From: Psammoneis japonica
Lineage: Eukaryota
Direction: 5' to 3'
Assembly (NCBI GenBank): GCA_008632985.1
Contig: QPGO01000066.1
Coordinates: forward strand, 389,771-437,525
DNA: 47,755 nucleotides
In this document: one piece after another, positions 36,917-47,731 of the stretch
Layout of the letters: each line of letters begins with the position of its first letter
How positions within the stretch are numbered: the first letter of the stretch is position 1
The notes under the pieces: generated by a model
The model's database searches: none
Seen by the model: the letters and a program-made list of their open reading frames with translations, nothing else
Told to the model about the DNA's origin: nothing
Translations under genes and position numbers: made by a program

Positions 36917-39700
36917 GACAGTTGGGAAAATTCTACTCGGAGCACGATTTTCTGCGACCTCGCGACCTCGCACTTTCGGACCTCGCACTTTTCTCTGCGC
37001 ACGAGCGCGCGAGCATTCGCCTTGGTGGCGCCCGCCGTTGTTCCATTGTTGCTTTGACTGCTGTCGTTCCATTGTTGGTCACTCGTTCCATCACATGAAT
37101 GTTGTGGAACGACAGGGCCCTGCTGACACATCACACTTGCGTTGTGTTTGTTTGTCACAGCCTCCAAGAACCGGCCTTGCCAAGCTGGGTGAGCATTTTC
37201 TTCGTGGAAACCACCAAGTTTCGCACAGGCTCGATGGTCACCCCACCCAGTTCACACATGGCAAAATCTTGCAGCATGTGGTGCTGCGCCTGTGGTGGCC
37301 AATGAGGGTGGCAACGCCGGCAGTGAATGTGATTGGGGTCATCACTTTGGCCTCAAGATCGACAAGAGTGGGTTTTTTTCAAATGGGCGTTTCGTCGGTG
37401 CTCATGGTGATGATGGAGGTTGTGTGGCAGGGGAGCAGAATTGCGGAAATGTGGGCACCCCCATCCCCTGTTGACAAGCAAAGTGAAATGTGTGTCACGA
37501 GTTGCGATGGAACCTGCTTGAACTTCAGCGTCAGTGGACTCGCTGTCACTTGCGGCTTTGCAGCGAAGATGAAGGGTGGAAACAGCGGCAATTTCCATGA
37601 GTGCGGTCCTGGTTGCACTTCCAACACACTTCTGCTTGAATCTCTTCCAAACAGTCAGGGTGCCACACTGGGGCTCAGCCACCTGATGTTCTGCTGGGAG
37701 GATTGTGATGGTGGCTGCGACTGCGCTCCTCTCCCAAACTTTGTGGCGCCAGCTGACGACACTGTTGAATGCTGCAAAACAACGGACCCTGCAGAAGAAG
37801 GAATCCACAATGAAAATGATGGTTGTGATGTGGGAGGAACAATCACGTGAACATGCTTCAACACCGTGGTGGATGGAGATCTCTGCTCTGGCAAAACCAC
37901 CAAGCAATTCTAGAATCTAGCCTTTTCTGACAAAGAGACTTGTGGTGGAGTTCATCCAATGATGCAGACTGTTGAGGTCAATCCGGACAAAATGCCGCCA
38001 ACAATCTCTTGTCTGCCCCAGGTTGAAGTCCCCAAAGAGTGTTGTCTCTGCAAAATGGGTGCTGAATGTTTGGCAGATGCGGCAGCAGAAGATGCTTGCA
38101 ACCCACCCGTGGCCATTGCCAGCGACTTTGCAGCGTTCACCTGTGCTGACACTGGCACTCCAATCTCTGACACTGGCATGATGCACATTGTAACTTGAAC
38201 GGCAGTGGACTGTTGTGGCAATGAGGCCACATGCAACCGGTCAGTCATGATTGTCAACTCTGCACCAACGCTTGAAGATCCTCCTGCTGTCCCGACTCTG
38301 AAGTGCAAAGATCCTGTTCCTGCTGCAGGTCCACTGAAGGCGATGGACACATGCGATGGTGATGTGCCAGTCTGTCCAGACAAGAAAACAGACAGTGCGG
38401 GATGTGACTGCATGCACAGTTGCACATGGACCCATGTGGACACACATGCGGCAAAGCTGCAGAGAAAAAAAGCAGGTTGTCAAAGTTTGCAAGGGCACGG
38501 ACGACCCATGCTTCACTTCTTGTCCATCCCAAGTCATTCAGAAAGAGCATTGAAAGTGAAGAAGGGTTGACGACTGCTTTGGAGGAGATTCAACAGCAGA
38601 AGACATTTGCGACTCAAATGTCAACATTGCCAGTGACTTCACGCCGTTCAACTGCTGTGCTGACGTTGGTCACACATGTGAAGTCATTGCCAACTCTGAG
38701 CCAACACTTCCAGATCCTCCTGTTGACATGGATCTTGGGTGCAACGCAGATCTTCCACTGGCAGATCCACTGACTCCGACAGACACATGCAACAAAGACA
38801 TTCAGCCAGTCATGCCAACTGAAAAGGAAGAAAATGCAGGCTGTGACTGCAAGTGTGTGCTTGCACATGGGCCTGTGTGGATGAATCCTTGGAAACAGTG
38901 AAAAAAAAACAGGTTGTCAAAGTTTGCATTTATGATGAGGATCCAATCTCCCTGCTGAGCCTGGGGACCTGGAGGTTTGCAAAGGTGATCGTCCATCTGT
39001 GCCATTGCTGATGGCAAGCAACAACTTTTGATGAGCCAATCTCTGGCATCTCAATGGAAAACATCAAGCTGGCTGGTTGCCGCGACATGGTCATGCACAC
39101 CTGGACCTTTGCGGATCAATGCAGCAACTCAGATTCACTCCATCAGATCATCTGGTGGGCACTGCAGTCATCCCTGCTTTGACAAGGGTTGTGATGATGG
39201 AGAGTGCACTTTTTTTCTGATGGTGGGTCCAAAATCCCAAGCACGTGCTGAGGTGAACATCACAAAGCTGAAGAAGATGACAGCTCCTGTCTGGTGGACT
39301 TCAAAGGGCATGCCAGCAAGGCCCAGAATGACCCTGAGAAGGGTGAGCACTGGAGAGGCAGTGCACGAAGATCTTTCTTCTGTGGTCATTGAGGAGAGGC
39401 ACATCCACATCAGCACCAAAGTTCCCACTGCTGGCAAAGGGAAGCCTGCCTCTGCTCCAGGAAGGCACAAACAGGAAGGTTGTGAGGGGGATGGAGTTCT
39501 TGCTGGGACATGTTGCACCATTGTCCACTGCGTTGTCCATTTCCTTTGCAACATGAAGTTGACGGAGTTGTTGCATCTTGTGCACTCTTTCAATTGATCA
39601 TGAGTGAGGTGGTTTCTGTTTTGTCATTGAAGGAATGACAAGAGTGTGGTTGTGGTGCAGTGTTTGGTGGGTGGATGGCAGGTTTGGAAACCAATGCGCG
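36917..39700 (+). repeat. Segmental duplication, copy 1 (paralogous to 45063-47625)
   Basis: Colinear shared blocks: cagttgggaaaatt, ctgctgg..ga.tgtgatggtggctgcga, gacagtgcgggatgtgac, cacatccacatcagcaccaaag..cccactgctggcaaagggaagcctgc. Confidence 0.88.
37383..39560 (+). pseudogene. Pseudogene of a secreted HYR-like repeat protein
   Basis: Frameshifted pieces PNFVAPADDTVECC, DKMPPTISC..AEDACNPPV, AVDCCGNEATC, APTLEDPP..LKCKDPVP..MDTCDGDV and TWTF(A/V)DQCSN show the 4-Cys HYR-like pattern. TA-depleted. Confidence 0.65.
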
Positions 39701-39705
39701 ATTGG

Positions 39706-40087
39706 TTGTGCCCCATGCAAAAATGGGGTCCAAGTGCTTGGTCACAAAGAGGTTGACAATTCGTGTGTTGCGCAAACCACGAGACTGTTTTGCGCAGAGT
39801 GTGTGCACGTGCGACAGCAAGACATGCCGTGTCTTCAGTCCCTGCGCGGAACCAATCACACTCGGCACTGCGCACATCCTACGCAGTCCCTTCGTGCAAG
39901 GTGAGTCACGCACGCGATGGCCAGTCGTGCCGGTCTCAGTCGTGTGGAACTCCCGCAGCCCTTCGTGGGTCTCATGCTGAGAGTCGCATTTCCTGATGCG
40001 CGCTTCTGTGGGATCAGCATCGCTGCGGACAGCCTGCAGACACAGGAAAGTGGCATCAACGGCAGCTGCGGCAGGGATGCCTGCTGC
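39706..40087. repeat. ~380-bp repeat, second copy at ~43580-43962
   Basis: Near-identical translations (KRL.IRVLRK.RDCFAQS..SKTCRVFSPC.EPI.LGTA); function unknown. Confidence 0.85.
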
Positions 40088-40129
40088 ACTCACCCCTGTG
40101 ACAAGGTCGTGCGAGTGACAGAAGGGTCC

Positions 40130-40560
40130 CACAGCTGGAAAAGGACATTTTTTGTTGTGTCCAAAAAACCAGCATGCCTTCTCGTGCACGAAGGATGACA
40201 TTTTCATTGACTTGAACAACTGCAGCTGGCCCTGAACAACAGTTGTCGGTGCCGCCATTTGTCCGTTGTTCGTGCTCAATTCTCGCGCTTGTCTGTCAAG
40301 TGGAACATTTTCTGATTTCTGTCTGAGACATGCCTCCACTTGTTGCAAAAGGCAACAGACAATCTTGTGTCACGCCCGAAGACTAACTGCATCGGAGTTG
40401 CCTTGGCAGTGGTGTGCACAGTTGCACAGCAGAAAGTTTCAGTCCAAGGGTCATCTTTGCCTGACTCCATGTCTTGCACTTGGAGCACTGTGCTGAGAAC
40501 GTGCATGTGCCGGTGCGGCAGCATCAAGTTTCCAATCGTCTGATGTGCGCGTTCCATGAT
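40130..40560 (-). mobile_element. Ty3/gypsy integrase C-terminal fragment
   Basis: ERAHQTIGNLM...DDPW...ATVHTTAKATPMQLVFGRD...W..V..RNQKM...KREN matches the end of the gypsy integrase core. Confidence 0.8.
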
Positions 40561-41649
40561 GGAGTTCGACCTGGGTGAAAAAAAAAAAGGAAAAAAGGCA
40601 GTGCATCGACATGTGTGCAGAGTTGATCAGGCTCCACTTTCTGTCATGGCAACACCCCTTCTGTCTTTGACAGGCAACAGACAAAGCAAAAAATTTTTGC
40701 TCGTGTCACATTCTTTCACCTTCACGGAAAGAACGCATCAAATTTGCATTTGAATGGCGGGCCTTTCGTCACAAAGCTCTTTTTACGCCAGCTCGGGTTG
40801 TTTTTTGAAGTTTGCATGCCTTTTTGGGCATTTTCATGCCTTTTTCCAGGCATTTTTATAACTTTTGCAATTTTGTAGCCGAAGTGTCATGTCCTCACAT
40901 TCAGCGTTTAAAAACGGCATTCTTTCTTTCCGTTTGTTGAGTTCGTCAAGTGGGCGCACCGGAGTTTTCGGCCCGCTCACTTTCTGCGTAGCCTGGCACA
41001 ACCCAAATCTGTGTAGATTCAGCACATTTTGCCCTGCAGAACAGTTTTTGGGAGTGTTTTCTGGCTCGCGGCTCAAAATGACACACAAAACAACACGGAC
41101 AATGGCGTTTCACCGATTTGAAAAATGCGATCGTCTCTGAGGTTGGAAAGATGCGAGATGAGCTTGAGAATGTCCAGGTTCACATGGGTGGATCATGGTG
41201 CAATTTTGACCTGAAGATTGGTGTTGACACCGCCGCTTTTGTTGCATCAACACGCAACTCATGCATCACCATTCATGCTTTGCCTTTTGTTGAGTGCTCA
41301 CACGTTCACATTCTTTTCACTTGCGTGTGTCTTGTCTTTCCTCATTGTTGTTTTGTTCTGCAGGGTCTCTCTTGCCGTGAGCCATCCTGAGAGAGAAATG
41401 CTTGCTTTGCAATTTTGCCGCACATTTGACCTGCATCCAGAAGGTGATGCGGAGTTTTGTTCGACAGAGAAACGCACCATGGCAATTGTGAAGGGTTGGA
41501 TTGTTTCTTTGTTCTACAAGGCAGTTTACAAGCTAGAAACATGTGACTTGTTTGCCTGCATTGTCAGCCAGTGCAACAAATTTAGAGGTGACAGGTGATG
41601 CACCATGCACAAACAACGAACCAAGCCTCAAAAGCACAGCAGGCCAGCT

Positions 41650-42045
41650 GACGCTTTCCAGCCCCAGGTGGGAGCTCGCAGCACTGACGTGTGACACAAA
41701 AAATTTTTGTCATCCGTCGTATGTTTCGTGCGCACATTTCTGCGTGTGACATTTCAAAAAAATTGTCCAGACTCGCTGTTTTGCGAAGCCCCAGACGTTT
41801 TACATGACAAATTTGTAGAAACAACAATGCGCCAGTTACATTCTTCAATGTCTGAAGAATGCACCCAGCCAAGCAACAAATGATGTTCTTCAATCATGGA
41901 CGAGTTTGTGCATTCGCAAAATTGCCTCATTTTCTGTTGGCAAACATTGACATTTTAATTGCCTGATGATTTTAACACGGAGCTCGCACGTAGAATGCTG
42001 CGGGCCCAATGTCACACGGATTCCCACCTGCGTCTGGAACGCATC
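41650..42045 (-). mobile_element. MITE type A (396 bp), intermediate mutation load
   Basis: Ends gacgctttccagcccc / ctggaacgcatc; TSD agct at 41646-41649 and 42046-42049. Same length as 3176-3571. Confidence 0.92.
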
Positions 42046-43965
42046 AGCTGGAGAGTTTGCGCCAACAGGAAGAACTGGCTTTGCTGTTTGTCACAGGACA
42101 GCAGATTTCACTTCATTGGGGCAACAAGTCTCCATTGCTGTTCTAGAGTGACCAGCATTGGTTTGGCCGCTGCAGCCTTCATGGATGCCCGCCTCTTGAC
42201 AATCTGTTTTATTTTGAGATTGTGCAATGAAAAACCTTTGTTTGCAACATTCCATCACAAGAGAGAGCTCATGGGCTTTCCTTGGCCCTTTGAAGCGATC
42301 AGGCAAGTGAAAGAGGAGCCAACAGAAAGACACTGACGACGACAATGAACGACGCCATTTTGATGCACTGTCGTCTGGTGGTGTCGTTGATGGAGTGCCG
42401 TGCTTTCTGTTTTGTGCTGCTGCTGTGCAGGAATGTGCATGCTTGGCTCTCAGGCAGTTCCCACATAAAAAGTGCACCAGGCCATCTGTGGACCGCCCTC
42501 TTGAAGTCAGCCAAACCGAATGGTCTGCAGCCCGTGAGCGGCCAAGTGCTCTCAGTTTTTAGTTTTTAGAGCACATTGGCTTTTGCACGCACCACTTGTC
42601 ACATTTTGGTTTTTTTCATTGCACTCTGCCGAGCGTTTCGTCACACAACGGCTCATTCAGCACTTTTTTAGTTGGCAGAGGAGAGCATGTGTGCACAGCA
42701 CTCCTGTGTGCGCACACTTTTCTCGCATGATGGGTTTTTCCCTTTGAACCCTTCGAGCGTCACATCAATTAACGTCTCACATCCAAATGTCAGCGCATGA
42801 AGTCATTCTTGCTGCGCGTCATTGTTTGTGTGCGGCAGGCCTTTCGTCTGACATGCTGTTCGGCCTTGATGTTTTTGCGCAGCGGACAGCATCTTTGCTG
42901 CTGTGGTCATTCTCACATTTGAGTGTCAACAAATGACGTGCACATGACACTGCGCCCAGGATTGTTTGCGTCCAGTGCGAGCATTGGCTCTGGGCCATTT
43001 ACAGGCCTTGCAGAAATGTTGTGTCTATTCCACATTCCTGAGACGTGAAAAACATGCCACAGGCGTTGTCACAAGTCATTTTCTGTTGACTGGGCCGTTT
43101 GGAATGTCTAAACTGCCATTTTTGCGTAGTTTGCAGCACTGCAGCACCTTCTTGGCAGTCATCGGTGTCAGCATCTTTCTTGCCGGCAATTGATGAAATT
43201 TAGAACAAGATTCTCAAATTGCTCACGAAACGCGACATCTGCGGTTTTCGTGTCAAGCGTGTTGAATCTTGGAGTTCTCTTCTTGCACTGACATGCACGA
43301 GGTCTGTCACTTGACGAGATCAATTTTCTCATCATTCGGCAGTGCATGCGGTGCATCACCGCCATTGTCAATCGTTGAAAGTTCTGAAAAGACACTCGCA
43401 CGCGTTCTCATGGCACGATTGCCATTTTGGCGAGTTTTGCTTTCTGCTGTCCTCCCAATGAAACAGTCACAGAGAACAGGAAAATGACATTCTGTTGCGT
43501 CCCACTCTTCTCTGTAGAACGGCTGACAGTCATGGTCAGTCAAACAAAGGGCATTCTTGCACTTGCTGGGAGCAATGTTGCTGTGCCCTGTGCAAAAACA
43601 GGGTCTGAGCACTCAGTCACAAAGAGGTTGATGATTCGTGTGTTGCGCAAATTGCGAGACTGTTTTGCGCAGAGCATGTGCATGCGCGACAGCAAGACAT
43701 GCCGCGTCTTCAGTCCCTGCATGGAACCAATCATGCTCGGCACTGCATGCATCCCATGCAGCCCCTTCACACAAGGTGAGTCACGCATGCGATGGCCAGT
43801 CGCACCGGTCTCAGTCGCGTGGAACTCCCGCAGCCCTTCGTGGGTCTCACACTGAGAGTTGCATTTCCTGATGCGCACTTCTGCGGGATCAGCGTCACTG
43901 CGGACAGCCTGCAGATGCAGGAAAGTGGCATCAACGGTGGCTGCGGTGGGGATGCCTGCTGCAGT

Positions 43966-45085
43966 TGGGAGGAGGAGTGTTGCACAGCATTTTTAGCTTG
44001 CACAAGTGAGAGTGCTCCAATTGCTTGGCATCTGTGGGCAAGACGAATGACCTTCAGAGGAAAGAAAAAAAACAAACCCAGTTTTCAAGTGCTGTCACTC
44101 CTTTGCCAGCTGGGCTGGCGCACCGGCTGACCCACACTTCCAGTGCACCACAAGGTGCGGCAGAAGTTGTCCGTGACTGGCCAGGATGGGCATCACCAGA
44201 AGGTGACGCCCCACCAAAATGACTTGCAATCAAGCAAAATTGTTTTTCAAGCTGTCTTTCATGCATGGTTCAATCATTGCAACCCAATTTGGGACTCGCA
44301 ATGTTGAGCAACTCATGTGTTCATCCGCTGACTCCAACAGTGCATCGCAGTCACGTGCAAGATGCTCCTGGTGTTTGTTGCAAATGGCAGCAAGTTCAGC
44401 TTCCGCCTGATGCTGCAATGAAGACTTCCGGGAATTTGTGTCATGTCCGTGCATGGCTGCATTGTGCTGTTCCCAAAGCTCCCACCACACTTTCCAAATG
44501 CAAGTGCCAATTTGAAAAGACCATGCCGGAGGGGGCCCATTTTCCTGGCGGCATTGCTCCAGCTTTCCAGTTTCTCGGAGGTGTGTCTCTGGGCAGACAT
44601 TCCATGACTTGGAGAATCTCCTGTCAAACACTTGATGCCATCCAATGTCAGTCTGCTTGTGCCACAGTGTGCAAACACACCATGGCACCCTAGAGCCAGG
44701 CCTCTGACATGTGCAGAAGAAAGTCACGCAAAGGGGGCATTGTGCCCATCTTGTCACAATGTCATCAAAGACCTTGCAAGAACTTCCATCTCCAAGGCTC
44801 ATTGTTTGGACACCAAAGAATGTGGTCTCAATCCTCCATTGGGTGTTCACAGGCAAGACAGTGATGAGGATGCACCGGGTTGCATCTGTTCGCGATTTTG
44901 TTCACAGGCAGCAATTTAAGTGGGAGCTTGACTGTGGAAACATGTTTCTTCAAGAATCGTTGAATGAGTGTGGCATGGACTGGCCAATCAATTGTGTCAG
45001 CAGTGGTCTCGTCCCAAACTTTCCACTCCCAGATGTGGGCCAACAAGGCTGGTGTGCAAGCAGAAACAGTTGGGAAAATTCCACT
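43966..45085 (-). mobile_element. 3' fragment of a non-LTR (LINE-like) retrotransposon
   Basis: IDWPVHA..., LLPVNKIANR..PHHCLACEHPMED*DHILWC (CCHC-type knuckle), QTDIGWHQVFDRRFSKSW and IWKVWWELWEQHNAAMHG match the C-terminus of diatom LINE ORF2 proteins. Confidence 0.7.
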
Positions 45086-47625
45086 CTCTAGAGAGCTGGA
45101 GGAGCAGTGCGATTTTCTGCAACCTCTTGTGTGTCGCGACCTCGCACTTTTGGACCTCGCACTTCTTCTCTGCGCAGGAGCGCACGAACATTCGCCTTGG
45201 CGGCAACCTTTGTTCCATTGTTGCTTTGACTCACTCCATTGTTGGTCACTTGTTCCATCACATGTCATGGAATGACACTGGCCTGTCACACTTGCGTTGT
45301 GTTTGTTTGTCACAGCCTCCAACCGGCCTTGCCAAACTGGATGAGCATCTTCTTTGTGGCAACCACCACCTCGTTTTTCACAGGCTCAATGGCCACCCAA
45401 CCGAGTTTCTGCATGGTGGCATTTCACAGCGTGTGGTGCTGATGGCGCTGATGGAGGTTTTGTGGTGGGGGAGCAGAACCACAGAAATGCAGGCACCCCC
45501 ATCCCCTGTCAACAAGCAAAGCAAACCCACTTGAGCTTTCATGTCAGTGGACTTGCTGTCGCAGCTTTGCAGCAAAGATGAAGGGTGGAAACAGTGGCAA
45601 CATCTGTGACCACGGTCGTGGCTGCACTTCCAACACACTTCGCTCAAATCTTGTCCAAACAGAGTCAGGGCTCCACAGCGGGGCTCAGTCACCTGACATT
45701 CTGCTGGAAAGAATGTGATGGTGGCTGCGATTGTGCTCCTCTCCCAGACATTGCAGTGCCAGCTGACGACACTGTTGAATGCTGCAAAATGACAGACCCT
45801 GCAGAAGATGGAATCCAAGATGAAAATGATGGCTGTGATGTGGGAGGAATGATCACGTGAGCACACTTCGACGCCGTGGTGGATGGAGATCTGAAGGCAA
45901 TGGACACATGCAATGGCGCTGTGCCAGTCCATCCAGACAAGGAAACAGACAGTGCGGGATGTGACCGCACATGCACCCACACATGGACCCATGTGGACAC
46001 ACATGCGGCAAAGCCGCGGAGAAAAAAAGCAGGTTGTCGAAGTTTGCAAGGACACGGATGACCCATGCTTCACTTCTTGTCCATCCCAAGTCATTCAGAA
46101 AGAGCATTGTGAGTGCAGAATGGTTGACGACTGCTTTGGAGGAGATTTGGCAGCAGAGCTCAAACGTCAAAGCTGCAGGTTGTCGAAGTTCGCAAGGACA
46201 CGGACGACCCATGCTTCACTTCTTGTCCATCACAAGTCATTCAGAAAGAGCGTTGTGAGTGCAGAACGGTTGATGACTGCTTTGGAGGAGATTTGACAGC
46301 AGAGCTCAAACGTTGACGCTGCCAGAAACTTTGCGCAGTTCAACAGCTGTGCTGATGTTGGTCACACATGCGATGTGACTTGGACAGCCAAGTGCGATTG
46401 CGACAGTGAGAGGACCAACGCTTCCAGATCCTCCTGTTGACGTGGATCTTGGGTGCAGTGCCGATCTTCCACTGGCAGACCCACTGACTCCAACAGACAC
46501 ATGCAACAAACACGTTCAGCCAGCCACGCCAATGGAAAAGGAGGAAAATGAGGGCTGTGACACACGGGCCTGCAAGCATGAACAATGCTTGCAAACAGTG
46601 GAGAAAGTGGAGCAGGTTGTCAAAGTTTGAAATGACATGGATGGCCCACACTTCACTTCTTGTCTGTCCCAAGCCTTGCAAGTGTGGAATGGTCAATGAT
46701 GACTGCTGTGGAGTCGATTTAACAGCAGAAGACGTTCGCGACTTGAAAGGAAGAAAATGAGGGCTGTGACTGCAAGTGTGCTCGCACATGGGCTGATGCA
46801 GATGAGTGCTTGCAAACAGTGAAGAAAGAGCAGGTTGTTGAAGTTCACGTGGATGACGAGGAGCCAATTCTCCCTGCCAAGCCTGGGGACCTGGAGGTTT
46901 GCAAAGGTGGTCGTCCATCTGCGCCATTGCTGATGGCAAATGACAACTGCGATGAGCCAATCTCTGGCATCTTGGTGGAAAACATCAACCCGCCTGGTCG
47001 CTGCAACATGGTTGCGCACACCTGGACCTTTGTGGATCAATGCAGCAACTCAGACTCACCCCATCAGGAGATCATCTGGTGGGTGTTGCAGCCATCCCTG
47101 CTTTGACGAGGGTCGCAATGATGGGGAATGTGTTTTCTTTTCTGATGGTGGGTCTGATGTCACAAGGCCAAAGAAGGCAACAGCTGTCTGGCAGCCTTCT
47201 TCAAAGTGCATGCTGGCAAGGCCCAGAGTGACCCTGAGAAGGGCAGACATGTCAGCAATGTGACTTTGAACCTTTGCATGGGATTGGCAGTGCATGAAGA
47301 TCTTTTGTCTGTGGTCACTGAGGAGAGGCACATCCACATCAGCACCAAAGTCCCCACTGCTGGCAAAGGGAAGCCTGCTTCTGCTCCAGGAAGGCACAAG
47401 CAGGAAGGTCGTAGAGGCAATGAAGTTCTTGCTGGGACGTGCTGCGCTGTTTTCCACTGCGTTGTCTATCCAACTCCTTTGCCACATGAAGTTGATGGGG
47501 TTGTTGCATCTTGTGTGTCATTTTTGTTGATTGCACATGAGGTGGTTTCTGTTTTGTTGTTGAAGGAACGACGAGAGTGCGGTTGTGGCATGGTGTTTGG
47601 TGGGTCGATGGTGGGTTTGAAAACT
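45063..47625 (+). pseudogene. Segmental duplication copy 2, carrying a second HYR-like pseudogene (~45440-47500)
   Basis: Colinear with 36917-39700, with different internal deletions and duplications. Contains PDIAVPADDTVECC, PTLPDPPVDVDLGCS..TDTCN and AHTWTFVDQCSNSD. Confidence 0.75.
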
Positions 47626-47679
47626 GATTTGATTGGTTGGGAGGAGGAGTGGTTGCACATTGCACAGCATTTTTAGCTT

Positions 47680-47731
47680 TTGGGGTTGGGGTCAGGGTTG
47701 GGGTCAGGGTCAGGGTTGGGGTTGGGGTTGG
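47680..47731 (+). repeat. Degenerate interstitial telomeric tract, apparently derived from (TTAGGG)n
   Basis: Eight full hexamers in register (TTGGGG x5, TCAGGG x3) plus a partial TTGG. Confidence 0.85.

Noticed and set aside
40750..43450. Less-mutated CG-rich patches at ~40.76-41.14 kb and ~42.5-43.4 kb (also ~10.5-10.9 kb)
   Set aside because: These may be younger non-autonomous elements, but I could not find convincing TIRs, TSDs or second copies in the window.
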